Source: Nematocida ausubeli
Lineage: Eukaryota
Direction of reading: 5' to 3'
Length of the DNA stretch: 64,000 nt
Assembly: GCF_000738915.1 (NCBI RefSeq)
Contig: NW_026515638.1
Coordinates: 456,882 to 520,881 of the forward strand
Shown here: piece by piece, positions 42,937-53,787 of the stretch
How positions within the stretch are numbered: the stretch's first letter is position 1
Layout: every line of letters starts with the position of its first letter
Translations under genes and position numbers: made by a program
Notes under the pieces: model-generated
What the model saw: only the letters and a program-made list of their open reading frames with translations
Told to the model about the DNA's origin: nothing
Database searches by the model: none

Positions 42937-45810
42937 TTATCTTTTCTGTTTCTTTTTCTTTGGAATTTCTTCAGACTCATCCTTCTCATCTGACACAACA
43001 AAGCTATTTTCATTAGAATCACTTTCATCTGCATATGACTCGCTTTCTTCCTCGCTCTCATCCTCAGATGGGGCCAAGTCTTCGTCTGTAAGGAAGTCTT
43101 CGTCGTCATCGTCATCAGATTCTTCTGTGGTGTTTAGATCAACCACATCATCGCCTGTCTCTTCTTGCTCCTCCTCATTTCCGGTCTCTCTGCTTGGCTG
43201 CAGAATTGCCCAGGCGCCTCCTTCATAGAATGCAACAGGATCATTAAGAATGCTCTTTAGAACGTTATTCCACTGTATGTTCACCTTGGTCTCTGTGAAA
43301 CATATGTTCTTTGAGTCGAAGAAGTCCATCAGCCAAGGAACAGACATAGCAGAGACTCCGTGTACATGAACTGGTGTTTTAGTCTTGTCCTTCAGCACAA
43401 AAACCAGATCAGAAGTGGTGACTCCAGATACTCTTCTCTCAAAGTTCAGGATTTCTATATCCTTAAAAGGAAGAACAAAGAACGGAAACTCAGTTAGGTT
43501 GATCAGACACTCAGACGTAGGCTGGATAAAAACGCTTTGTCTGTGGGGAACTCCAAAGAATCCCTTAGAGACTGGCTCCTCCAGAATAACCCGCGACTTT
43601 TCAGAAACACATACGGCAAAGTCATAGAAGGCATCGTTTATCTCTTCGCGGATTCTCTCCTCCTCTTCCTCTTCATAGATCTCTGCTTCCTCGCCGCCTG
43701 CTCTGCTTCCTGTCTTTCGCGTGTCATGCACTGCATTAGCAACACAGTCCCGGAAGAACTGCACATCTGTTGTTTTTTTGTCTGCAATGGTTATTGGCGT
43801 GTGCAGCCTGAAATGGAGAAGACTCGGGGACTCCGCTGCGCCGGGCTGCAAAAACATATGTTTTATCTTTGTGAACAGAATGTCTACATTCCCTGCCTGC
43901 TTAGAGTGATACCTTAGCCCGTTTTTGTGCAGCTCAACCGTGTTTGCCACGTTCTTTTTTGTTCCCATCCGGTGGTCGCACCGCATGAAAACATTCTGCA
44001 GGGTTTCCACCCGGCCCATAATTTCCTGCAAGTCTTCCTGCTCTCCTTCTTCAACCTCCTCTTCAGACTCTTCGTCCTTCTTGAGGTTGTTTATATCGCG
44101 CCACGCTGTCATTACGTTTTCCTGTGTGTCCTTTATAACAAGAGATAGAAGGTTATTCACACTAAGAGAAAGATCTCCCGACGGCTGGTAGAAAGATATT
44201 TTCAAATACCCTAGACCGTCCTCAATGGTTTTTGTGACGGTCTTTATCGTGTTAATATGGAAAGGTACCGCTGCCCCGAATACAGGTATAATCACACTGG
44301 ACGCTCGCTGGTCTATCTTTATAACAGACGAGCCTCTTGGAATTAACGTCTCTTTTTCGTATGAGACTATCTTTTCTGCAGGCTCCTCAACTTCCTCCTC
44401 CTCTGGCTCATCGTGCATTTTGTAAAACTGCAGCTGCTCTTCAATCAGCTCGTCCATCAGTTGCTTCTGGTGCTCATTTATCTCGTTGGCGCGCTCTACC
44501 TCCTTGTCTTTGTTTCGGAGCCTTCTTCCAGAAAGCGTTCTCTTTGTCAGCTCTACGGGCTTTTCAAAGATGTAGTCCATCACATCCATGCTGAAAGGCG
44601 TAAGAAGCTTTGGTGCGCTCTGCTCCATCATCACAACATTGTCCATATGGATGGTTCCTGCTCTATCGTCCTCGTCAATCATCTTTATCAAATCATAGAA
44701 CCCAACCGATACAGAGAATACAGAGTTCGCCTGAATGGGCGCTGTGCCCAGCAGCTCTGGAGCGACGCCTTCTTCTGGGCGGATTCCAATGTATGGCCCG
44801 ATTTCTATTTTCATTTTGTGCCTTAGCTCTGTTTGGTATCTTGGGTCAACCACCTCGTTAAATCTTTTCATTGTTTCCTCCTTGATCTGCTCGGGTGTTT
44901 TCCCCTGCGCAATGTTTTTTATCACATACTTCATAAACCGCAGAGTGTATGCCAAAACATCCTTGCTCTTCTTGTTCGGAGCAATTAAAAGAGTTCTTCC
45001 AATGTGCGAGCAGTTGCCCTTGTATGCAACCCACAGATAGTAGCTAATAATATCAAAATACAGCAGCTGTTCATTGTATGGGTTAATAAACTCTCCCTTT
45101 TCCGTTTTTGTCTTTAAATACCGCCCTCCGCTCTGAATAATCGGCTTAAAGCATAGCTCAATATAGGACTGGTCAAGCTCACTAGGAAGCCTTTTCATCT
45201 CCACCTCAAGCGCCGCCTCTATTTGCTCGCTTAGCTCCTCATGTATCACTCTGTCATCTGTCTTCAGAATATGCTTAATCTTTCCCTCCAGCAGCAAAGA
45301 CATCTGTGTTGCAGACATACCTGCCAGCCTCAAAAGATCCTGCTGCTTCCTGTCCTTTTTCACAAGCGCGCCCTCAATGCTCTTTGTTATGTCAAGTGTG
45401 TTAAAGTTGTTCTCCCACTCAACCACCGAAGGACCTCTATCTTCATTGAGAATCCCGAGCACTTTGTCGCTGCATATCTCTTTTATGCTTTTAATAATCT
45501 CCCCCTGGTTTGATATGTCCTTTAGCCTGCTAAATGTTCTAATATTGACGGTTTCTTTCAGGTTATCTAGTATTAAGCACTTTTTTGTGCTGGAAATTGC
45601 AAGCACTTCTGTTCTTCTGATAATTAGCGTGGTAAGCGGAAATTCATACCCTAAGAGATAGAAAAACATTGCAGAATTGATCCCATACGAGAATGTGGTA
45701 TCCCTCTCCCCGAATGTTATCATCAGGGCATCCACTTCCTCTGGAATCACTTGAATAATATTTTCCATTCTCTCCTTAAATGTTTTGCAGTCAAGCTCTA
45801 CCTTTGCCAT
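42937..45810 (-). CDS. SPT16: FACT complex subunit Spt16
   Basis: YLLGYEFP, PIIQSGG, HQKQL, VPFHINTIK, ELHKNGLRY, DVQFF, FFGVPHR, NIQWNNVLKSI, FYEGGAW and acidic tail. Confidence 0.95.
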   Translation of the reverse strand: MAKVELDCKTFKERMENIIQVIPEEVDALMITFGERDTTFSYGINSAMFFYLLGYEFPLTTLIIRRTEVLAISSTKKCLILDNLKETVNIRTFSRLKDISNQGEIIKSIKEICSDKVLGILNEDRGPSVVEWENNFNTLDITKSIEGALVKKDRKQQDLLRLAGMSATQMSLLLEGKIKHILKTDDRVIHEELSEQIEAALEVEMKRLPSELDQSYIELCFKPIIQSGGRYLKTKTEKGEFINPYNEQLLYFDIISYYLWVAYKGNCSHIGRTLLIAPNKKSKDVLAYTLRFMKYVIKNIAQGKTPEQIKEETMKRFNEVVDPRYQTELRHKMKIEIGPYIGIRPEEGVAPELLGTAPIQANSVFSVSVGFYDLIKMIDEDDRAGTIHMDNVVMMEQSAPKLLTPFSMDVMDYIFEKPVELTKRTLSGRRLRNKDKEVERANEINEHQKQLMDELIEEQLQFYKMHDEPEEEEVEEPAEKIVSYEKETLIPRGSSVIKIDQRASSVIIPVFGAAVPFHINTIKTVTKTIEDGLGYLKISFYQPSGDLSLSVNNLLSLVIKDTQENVMTAWRDINNLKKDEESEEEVEEGEQEDLQEIMGRVETLQNVFMRCDHRMGTKKNVANTVELHKNGLRYHSKQAGNVDILFTKIKHMFLQPGAAESPSLLHFRLHTPITIADKKTTDVQFFRDCVANAVHDTRKTGSRAGGEEAEIYEEEEEERIREEINDAFYDFAVCVSEKSRVILEEPVSKGFFGVPHRQSVFIQPTSECLINLTEFPFFVLPFKDIEILNFERRVSGVTTSDLVFVLKDKTKTPVHVHGVSAMSVPWLMDFFDSKNICFTETKVNIQWNNVLKSILNDPVAFYEGGAWAILQPSRETGNEEEQEETGDDVVDLNTTEESDDDDDEDFLTDEDLAPSEDESEEESESYADESDSNENSFVVSDEKDESEEIPKKKKQKR

Positions 45811-46695
45811 TAAGAAATAAAAAGAAATGGTAAAAATAATTTAAATACATATGACCTAGGTGCAGAAGGTATAAATACATACTCTAGTGTTTATAGAGCG
45901 TATAGATACTTCAATGAATGAGGCTATAGAACACAGAGCAGAAGACATGCTTACTATTCCTCAAGAAAGTGATCGCTGTGCTTTATGACATAGAGTGTGC
46001 TGTTTCTAAGAGAGATATCTAGCAGCAAGAATAAAGAAAGTATTTATATATAAGAAAGCCACATTAAAGTAAGTGGAAATGTCTTTCTTGCCTGAAAGAT
46101 TCAGATTATGGCACTTTATTACTGAGCGTCTCTGTCGGCGCAAAATAGAGAAATGCATACACACAAAAATGCTGTTTTTATCTATGAATATAATAGCATT
46201 GCTTATGCACATACTCTTGGAGTATTGAATATACACAAATACAACCCAAATTCCGAATGGTAGTACTATCTAAGTAAATAGCTAGCTCAGAGCTATATGG
46301 CACTTTAACTAAATATGCATTGCTTGCCTTCTGTCCTATTTTATATTTTAGAATGCTGAGTGAGTGCGCATAAAATGATTCCGGCTGTATTAAATCCTAA
46401 AGGCATGCTTTGCATGGCTACCAAGGCAGAAAATCTCTCATCACTCTTAGAGAAAGATAAAAGAGGATATATGCTGTAATAGAGCCAATCATATACAAAT
46501 ATGGAGGGTCGCTCTATCATGCGAGATGCATAGACTGTGCTCTATGCTCTATGGCATCTGTTTTTTGCTGCCTAGCCAGGAATATATTTTATGCACAAAT
46601 AAAATGCGCCATGAAATCCGTTTATTAGTGGGGTGTTTCACTTTATTAATATTAGCACACATATACTCATTAATAATATTTTTACAAAATATTTT

Positions 46696-48192
46696 ATGAT
46701 TGAAAGCATTGCACTACGAAAGTTCGCAGTTTCATACTTTCTAGTACATCCAACAAAACCACTTTGTAACCTGGTTAACAGAATTACAACAACAATAAAA
46801 AATCGGTTCTTCGTAGGAGAGGTGGTTTTTCTTAAAAACAAAGAGCTCACAGGGCAGATAGTTCAGATTACCAAGAAGGGCTACATCGTGGAGATATACG
46901 ATGATGAAACTGGAAGCACTCCGCAGCAAGAAGAGGTCACATCACAAGACCTATTGAGAAAGGACAGCGCAACGAAGAACGAGGTGCTTATGTTTATTCT
47001 AAGCATAACAAAGGATACCCCGCTGGGAAGAATTGTGGCAAACAACATTATACAGGACTTGGGAATATTTAAAGGCCAGAAGCCATCAGCCAAGCCTACA
47101 AAAAAGGCTATAGAGATGCCAAAGCAGGAAAAGCCGGTGTGGGTGAACCTATCAACGCAGGAGAAGGAGAAAGAGAAGCTAAAGGAGCTGTCTGAGTTGG
47201 AGCAGATACGACTTCAGAGCAAAGTGGACCAAGTTCTATCGATGCAGAATGAGAAGCTGACACACCCAATGATTACCACACACAAGCTGTATAAAAAAGT
47301 CATTTCTGTGTACAATGGTTTAAACATCTTCAGCGACTTCCTGAAGATAAAGGACATGACTTTATCCGAGTTTATATACGCGCTGTTTGCTGAAAAAGAC
47401 ACACCAAGGCTTGTGGACATATTTTCCAAGCTGCTAAAGGCTGTGTCTCATGAGAGAAGGAAGTCCGGAAAGGAGGGGCTTAAAGACATGCTGCATATTG
47501 CATCAAACGTAACATATGTAAGTGAGCCCATGCAGGAGATATTAAACATGGTTGCAGTCACGCCGGGGAAGGACACTGGCTTTACCCGAATACAGTGGTT
47601 TGCAGGCGATGCAACGCAGAAAAACTGGCAGATATACATTAAAAGCTTTGTATATGACATAATGAGTATCTATGATATAACTGTAAAGAGCAATGAGTTT
47701 ATGCCGTACACAGCAGTAAATAATGAGCAGAGCATAAAATCAGTTGGTGTGGACAGACTGCTAATGATTATGTTTTTATTTGAAACAATAATACTTGGCA
47801 TTAGATTTAGAACACACTATGATGCTCTTATGGAGGAGTACAAAGAGAAGGATCGAGAGAGAGTTTTGCTTGCGCAGGAGCTAAGAAGGCTAAAGGGCGA
47901 GGTGCTGGTGAATGAAGAGGCAGAGGAGGTAAAGAGATTAATAGAAGACGTAGAGAAAAAGCTTCTGAAGTTTAATGCAGACTGCAGACCCGAGATTGTT
48001 CGAAGCACAATCTCAAAGTATGGGCCCATTTGCTTTTTAGTGGTTGGTAGAGAGCTGCTCTACGAGTATAAGGAAGAATTCTTTGCTATAAAGAAGGATA
48101 TGCTAAATTCATTTATATCGATTTTTGACTCGGATAAGAAAAAGGATGCCCAATTTATAGACACGATTAAAAAATACTTAAAAGTGATATAG
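46696..48192 (+). CDS. ISWI accessory subunit Itc1/ACF1-like (partial WAC plus DDT domain)
   Basis: LVNRITTTIKNRFFVGEVV resembles the end of a WAC domain; VYNGLNIFSDFLKIKDMTLSEFIYAL resembles DDT. First ATG at 46696. Confidence 0.65.
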   Translation: MIESIALRKFAVSYFLVHPTKPLCNLVNRITTTIKNRFFVGEVVFLKNKELTGQIVQITKKGYIVEIYDDETGSTPQQEEVTSQDLLRKDSATKNEVLMFILSITKDTPLGRIVANNIIQDLGIFKGQKPSAKPTKKAIEMPKQEKPVWVNLSTQEKEKEKLKELSELEQIRLQSKVDQVLSMQNEKLTHPMITTHKLYKKVISVYNGLNIFSDFLKIKDMTLSEFIYALFAEKDTPRLVDIFSKLLKAVSHERRKSGKEGLKDMLHIASNVTYVSEPMQEILNMVAVTPGKDTGFTRIQWFAGDATQKNWQIYIKSFVYDIMSIYDITVKSNEFMPYTAVNNEQSIKSVGVDRLLMIMFLFETIILGIRFRTHYDALMEEYKEKDRERVLLAQELRRLKGEVLVNEEAEEVKRLIEDVEKKLLKFNADCRPEIVRSTISKYGPICFLVVGRELLYEYKEEFFAIKKDMLNSFISIFDSDKKKDAQFIDTIKKYLKVI

Positions 48193-48702
48193 CGAATGTA
48201 ATTGGCTTAGTCTAAAAATAAACTCTATCGATTTAATATATATATTCAGTATAACCTTTGGCTTGCTGTCCTACAAGATAACTATGTAGCTAGGTATAGC
48301 CTGAATTGTGTCTGCATGCCAAGAGCTTTAATAAATAAGCAAGTATGCCATGAGTATGCCATCTGTTCATGAAGTATATAGCTAAAGAATCTTTTATTTA
48401 AAGCTGTATCCTTCTCTAGCTTTGAAATTGATTTTTAAATTACTCCTAGCTTGCTTCTACATCTACTTTAGCATTCGTATATATACTGAATATAGTAGCA
48501 GGCGATATGCTAGGCCTTATGTAGACAGATGGGCAGCAAGCAGAGAGAACACAACAAAAACAGTGTGCGCCTGCTTGTAGCCATAATAAATTTAAAAAAA
48601 TGTGGGTTTAGGATATTCGAAAAGTTATATAAAGATATTCCTTATTTATAGAATGTAAAATAAACTTTGAATATTTTGTTTACTCTACAGAACTTTTAAA
48701 AT

Positions 48703-51700
48703 ATGCAGAGAGAAATGAGCGATATTTTAAATGCAATAACTAAAGAGCAAACGCAGAAGAGTAGCACAATAAAGAAGGAGGCGCAGACAGCACAGCAGCT
48801 AATTGAGCAATACAGTGGGAAGGAAAAGGAGTTCTATCAATACATAAAAGAGAAAAAATTGGCACAGCTACCATTTATAAAATCGCTGCAGGAGATACCT
48901 GTCAAAAACAGACTATTCTTCCAATCTCTTCAAGTATTGCATAAGCTAATCACGCGAAATAGCATATCACAAGACTTCATTCCATACATTCTGGAAGAGT
49001 TTGAGAAGAAAATACAGGCACATCCTGAAGTCCAGCTAAGGGTTTTACAGCTGCTGCAGCCTCTTACAGAAGATCCTCTCTTAGTAAAGGGGTCTAATTT
49101 GCAAAAGCTTTTCAAAATAGGCATTCAGCTAATAAAAGCATCTAAAGATGCAGGTGCTTGCAAAATAACTGTATTTTATGTGGTTGAATGTATATTTGAA
49201 AGGGTTGGTGCTTTTAATAAAGAAAGCAGCGAAGACTTAGCAAATAAGGAAAGCGCAGAGCAGGATTGCTTGGTAATAATGAAGATTTCACTGGAGGCAG
49301 CAAAGGGGCCGGAGATCCTTGGACTAGATCTGCTTCTCACATGTGTTTCCAACAAGTTTTCAAAGGACGCAATAAGCAGCCCTGGAGGCGCTGAGCTCCT
49401 TGAAAAAACCATAGATTTTATAATGAAAGAAATTACAGAGAAAGATGCGGCGCGGATAAAAACCGCATTTGCAATATGCATAAAGATACTTACAAATGTC
49501 ATTATGGATAAGCACGCTGGCTTAAGCATTCTTCTAGAGATAAAGCAGGCAGAAATGCTGCAGGAGAATGAAGTGCTAAAAGAGGAGTTTATATACGCCC
49601 TTCCGCATCATATAGTAATGGAGTGCCTAAAAAGCAGTAAAGAGCTATCGGAGGAAATATTTGACCTGGAAAGGGAAGGACCTCTTTTAGATATAATCCG
49701 AATAGGGGAGGGGCAAAAGATGTTACTAGCCATACAAGAAAAAGAAAAAAACAATGTTTCCGAAAGTAAGTCACTAAAAATGACAAAAATTGTTGAGATT
49801 GCATGCACACTAAAAGACCCCGAGATCCTGCCTTTGTTTATTCCATACTTTATCTATTTGATAGAGAATATAAGCTGTTCTACAGAAACATGGCCTGCAC
49901 ACACACTTTCAAAGTTGAAGAGTGCGGTTGAGAATTTAGTGGATGGCGCAAAGAATGAGCTAGGCATACTGAATATGCTGATTAGATCTCTCTATACTGC
50001 AGCAGAAAAGTACCCTCGTGTGTTTTTCAATCTAGCGTTTAAAATTACATTTTTACAATGCAGTACAATGACAGAATGGAAGGAGTTTTTTGCACTTTGT
50101 TCGCGCATCCAGGACAGCACACCAGAATTAAACTCGTGGAATAGCTCAATTGAGAGGCTTATGAAGTCAGATCCTGCATGCCTGAGGGTAGCTCTGCAGG
50201 GTGGATGTCAAGCTGCAAACATTCCGCTGAGCAGATTTCTTGCTCTTTTCTTTTCTATAGGGCATCGGATAGAGGATTTCCCTTGCGAGGCAATTGAATA
50301 CATTGAAAAAATCTTTTTTCCAGGAACAGAGACTACAAAAAGCACGGCAGAAGAGCAGGTTGTATATTTCTTTAACGAATATTTCAAAGTAAAATTCACT
50401 GAGAAAATACATATAATGATATTTCCAGAGATAGTTCGAATATTCTCGCTGGTGAAGAACCAGAATAGAGACATTTCTCTTGCGAAGACTGTTTTGCAAG
50501 CGATCTCTGATGGAATAAAAAGAACGGGAGAAGCGCTTGGGAAGGGATGGGTTAGCCTGTATGAAATGCTTATGGATGCAGCAGAGGAGGAAGATCTTCG
50601 GAGGATAGTCTTTGAGACCATTAAAGTCATAACAGAAAGAATGCTGCTATACCTGCCAGATGGTTGTCTTATCTCAACACATAAATTGCTCTGCATGTGC
50701 TGCAAGCTTATAATAGAGGACAACATATCCTTTCAGGCGCTTTTCTCGATTAGAGACCTGACTGAGTACATTCATACAGAGAAAGACAAGGTTTCAAGAG
50801 AGCAGCAGATTGAAATATTCCACGCAACCATGTGTCTTTTGTGCAGCGTAGGATATGACCAAAGGGATGATGTAAGAGACTCTGCAATTGTTCAGGCGTT
50901 TGAAACCATCTACTTCTGCCAAAGACTAGATCTCCTTCCGTGGGACTCTCTTATTACAATATTTTTAAAGCGTCTTCTTTCTGCTGCAGTATATGCGAAA
51001 GAAAAAGAAATATACTCCGGAGAGTATGACGAGAAGTCAAGCGACTCTGATGATTTGCCAACTAATGGAACGTGTGTGTGCAAAGGAGTTGGAGGTTGCT
51101 TCATCCCGCCATATACTACAGAGAGCCATAATACTGCTAGATCACTTGAAAGCGCAAAAAAGATTCTTTTAGGGGTATCCAGCCTTGTGTTCAACCATTT
51201 CGAGGAAATGAAAGAGCATAAAGGCTTTTATTCTCTATGGAAGTACATTGGGCGGATATTTGTCAAGTTCTTTGCAGACCCAAATATGAAAAGCACAGTT
51301 ATTTTAGCTGCAAGTCCTGGGCTGCAAAGCTCTCTTCCCCCAAAATACCGCCTTTCTCTTTTTGCAACAATCTCTGACATTTGTTTTCTATACACACAAA
51401 CAGAAGACTCTCTGGAAACACTTGTTGAGATGCTTAAGCAGTCTTACAGGAGTATTCAGCCAGAGAGCAAAAACAGCGAGCATTCCACAGTGTTTTTCAA
51501 GACCATTACGCATCTATTGAAAAACAGCACAGTAGAGGAAAACCAAGCGCTTACCTTTCTGGAGTTTGAAGCACTTGAGTCTCTTAAGTCTGAAAGCAGC
51601 CAAACAGCTAAAATCAAGGTTCTTTTGGAATGGATACCAATCCCGCACACCCATCCCGAAAAGATATCAGAGCAGTTTGTTGTACAATGCATAGAGCAAT

Positions 51701-52437
51701 TAGAAAAAGAAATTCTCGTGCATAAGGACATCCAGACAGACGAAAGAAGCGAATCCATTCGCATTCTTCTAATGTACCATAAGAAAAAAGACGTCCAGGT
51801 GCTGTGCTGGAACCGAGCAATGATATGTCTCCAGAGAATACTTGAACTAGAGGCTCAGAGTGAGGGAATAAGCCACTTAAAGCTGATATCTTGCGAGATA
51901 TTTGGGCTTCCCTCTGAAGAAATAGATGATATCCACACTTTTCCTAAGCCTGCTATACAAAGCAAAGCTACAGAGCAGCGAATAAAAAAGGAGGAGAGGA
52001 GCATACAGGATCATCTGGTGTTTCTTGAGGCGCTGACTGAAATCCTAAAGGATGAAAAGGTTATGGAGGTATACACTGTTGTACGAAATCTCTGGGACTA
52101 CACGGTGAGAATGAATCTGCACATCCTGCACTTGACCACCACAAAAACGCTTTGCCGCATCCTTACATCAAAGAAAGAGTTGGCGGTGCAGGCAGAGGAC
52201 TGGATAGACTGCTGTTTACAAAACTACAACGCAAGCACGCGCATAGAAAGATCCAAGCACTCATTTTTCCAGAGGCAGGCTGCTCTCTATGTTTTGCAGC
52301 AGATACTTAGCAAAAAAATGCCAATTCCCAAATCAAAGAAATTTCTGCCTGAGCTAATTCTATGCATCTCATCAGATGCCCCGGATGTGTCTACAGTTGC
52401 TACAGAAGTACTAGAGTACTTTGTGTCAAATAAATAG
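48703..52437 (+). CDS. MON2: Mon2-like ARM-repeat Golgi/endosome scaffold (Sec7 family without a GEF domain)
   Basis: DCB-like EVQLRVLQ; HDS-like GEALGKGW, DNISFQAL and DQRDDVRDSA; no FRLPGE Sec7 motif. Confidence 0.7.
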   Translation: MQREMSDILNAITKEQTQKSSTIKKEAQTAQQLIEQYSGKEKEFYQYIKEKKLAQLPFIKSLQEIPVKNRLFFQSLQVLHKLITRNSISQDFIPYILEEFEKKIQAHPEVQLRVLQLLQPLTEDPLLVKGSNLQKLFKIGIQLIKASKDAGACKITVFYVVECIFERVGAFNKESSEDLANKESAEQDCLVIMKISLEAAKGPEILGLDLLLTCVSNKFSKDAISSPGGAELLEKTIDFIMKEITEKDAARIKTAFAICIKILTNVIMDKHAGLSILLEIKQAEMLQENEVLKEEFIYALPHHIVMECLKSSKELSEEIFDLEREGPLLDIIRIGEGQKMLLAIQEKEKNNVSESKSLKMTKIVEIACTLKDPEILPLFIPYFIYLIENISCSTETWPAHTLSKLKSAVENLVDGAKNELGILNMLIRSLYTAAEKYPRVFFNLAFKITFLQCSTMTEWKEFFALCSRIQDSTPELNSWNSSIERLMKSDPACLRVALQGGCQAANIPLSRFLALFFSIGHRIEDFPCEAIEYIEKIFFPGTETTKSTAEEQVVYFFNEYFKVKFTEKIHIMIFPEIVRIFSLVKNQNRDISLAKTVLQAISDGIKRTGEALGKGWVSLYEMLMDAAEEEDLRRIVFETIKVITERMLLYLPDGCLISTHKLLCMCCKLIIEDNISFQALFSIRDLTEYIHTEKDKVSREQQIEIFHATMCLLCSVGYDQRDDVRDSAIVQAFETIYFCQRLDLLPWDSLITIFLKRLLSAAVYAKEKEIYSGEYDEKSSDSDDLPTNGTCVCKGVGGCFIPPYTTESHNTARSLESAKKILLGVSSLVFNHFEEMKEHKGFYSLWKYIGRIFVKFFADPNMKSTVILAASPGLQSSLPPKYRLSLFATISDICFLYTQTEDSLETLVEMLKQSYRSIQPESKNSEHSTVFFKTITHLLKNSTVEENQALTFLEFEALESLKSESSQTAKIKVLLEWIPIPHTHPEKISEQFVVQCIEQLEKEILVHKDIQTDERSESIRILLMYHKKKDVQVLCWNRAMICLQRILELEAQSEGISHLKLISCEIFGLPSEEIDDIHTFPKPAIQSKATEQRIKKEERSIQDHLVFLEALTEILKDEKVMEVYTVVRNLWDYTVRMNLHILHLTTTKTLCRILTSKKELAVQAEDWIDCCLQNYNASTRIERSKHSFFQRQAALYVLQQILSKKMPIPKSKKFLPELILCISSDAPDVSTVATEVLEYFVSNK

Positions 52438-52688
52438 ATTGTATTTTGGGCATGTCAGTATTAGAAGAATATTATATAGACACTCTGTTTTTAGTGCATC
52501 CTATTATTATCTCTAAGCTAAAATAACACCTGCTTCTTTTGGAAAAATTCTGCATGAAGTGGTGAATGCCAGATATAAGGCATATGTCTACTGTTTTTTC
52601 ATTGCTCCTAGAAATACTTTAGTAATACATATTTTTATAGCATTGTTTATTCTTTTAAAGCGGCAGAAAGATTGAAGAAAGGCCTAGC

Positions 52689-53054
52689 TCATTCCTTATA
52701 GACGGCATCTTTTGTAAGCACTAATGATTTATCTAATCTAGGCAAGCTCATGATGTTTTTAATGTTTTTGAGTATTTTTTCAAACGAATCATTTCCTCCT
52801 ATGAATCGTCCATTAATAAATACAATGGGGACTGTTTTGTGTCCGTATGTTTTCTGGACTATTTCCCTTAGTTTTGTCAGCAATGGCTCATGATGTCTTT
52901 CATTAATTGTCTGTGTAAGATCCGCATATTTGAGCTTATCAATGGTGCTTAAGAATCTAACACAGAAAGAGCATGTGGTTTTAATTGCTGCAAAAATAGG
53001 CTTAGCTAGTATTAAGGCCTTAAGTTGCTCCATTTCAGAAGATACCTCTACCAT
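52689..53054 (-). CDS. Dithiol glutaredoxin
   Basis: CSFC active site; TVPIVFINGRFIGGND. Confidence 0.9.
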   Translation of the reverse strand: MVEVSSEMEQLKALILAKPIFAAIKTTCSFCVRFLSTIDKLKYADLTQTINERHHEPLLTKLREIVQKTYGHKTVPIVFINGRFIGGNDSFEKILKNIKNIMSLPRLDKSLVLTKDAVYKE

Positions 53055-53787
53055 ATATACAAATAAAAATATAATTGCAATTATATAATTTCAGTGCTCC
53101 ATAGGGCCACGCGCATAACAAACCATGCGAAGATACAACCGATTATTTTATTTTTTTTCTTGCGCCAAATGCATAATTAAAATAATCTGCAAGACATCTG
53201 ATATTGCACAATAATACAGGCCTCCTGGCATGATGCCGCCGCATTCGGACTATTTAGTTACAGCCATTTCACCTGTGCCAAAATGGAAGTGTTTAAATTT
53301 TATCTAATTATAGAACTAGAAAATATCTTTTATTAAGATAGAATATCCTATGTAACGCTTTATAGTAAGAAGTGCACTGTATTCTGAAATAGCATATCAA
53401 TAATGATTGCTGGTTTTCTCTTCCAAATAGAGGGGTTTATGTGATTAGTCTGCTCCTTTCAAGCTTTAGAGAGTCTTAGTGCATGTTTTGCATTCCTTTT
53501 TATGGCTTCCCCTGTAAATGTGTCTATTAATTTTCTTTTAGTCTCGTGAAATATAGAGAGAAGAAATCACTGTATTATAGATCGTTCGATCTTCTAGCAA
53601 TCTTATCAGCTATCTGTGGCTTTAGATCGCTCTATTCGATTAAGCCATCCATGAATAGTTCAGAGTGTTCGATTAAGCCAAGAAGGCACCAATAAAAGCT
53701 GTTTGTTAAACTGTACTCCTGATGTATATTATTGGTTGTTTAATAAAATAGTGTATATATACCTCAACTCATCTATAGAGTAGAGTA

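Noticed and set aside
53580..53682. GTTCGA motifs and duplicated TTCGATTAAGCCA suggesting a tRNA or SINE
   Set aside because: No cloverleaf or A-box; only a short local duplication and hairpin.
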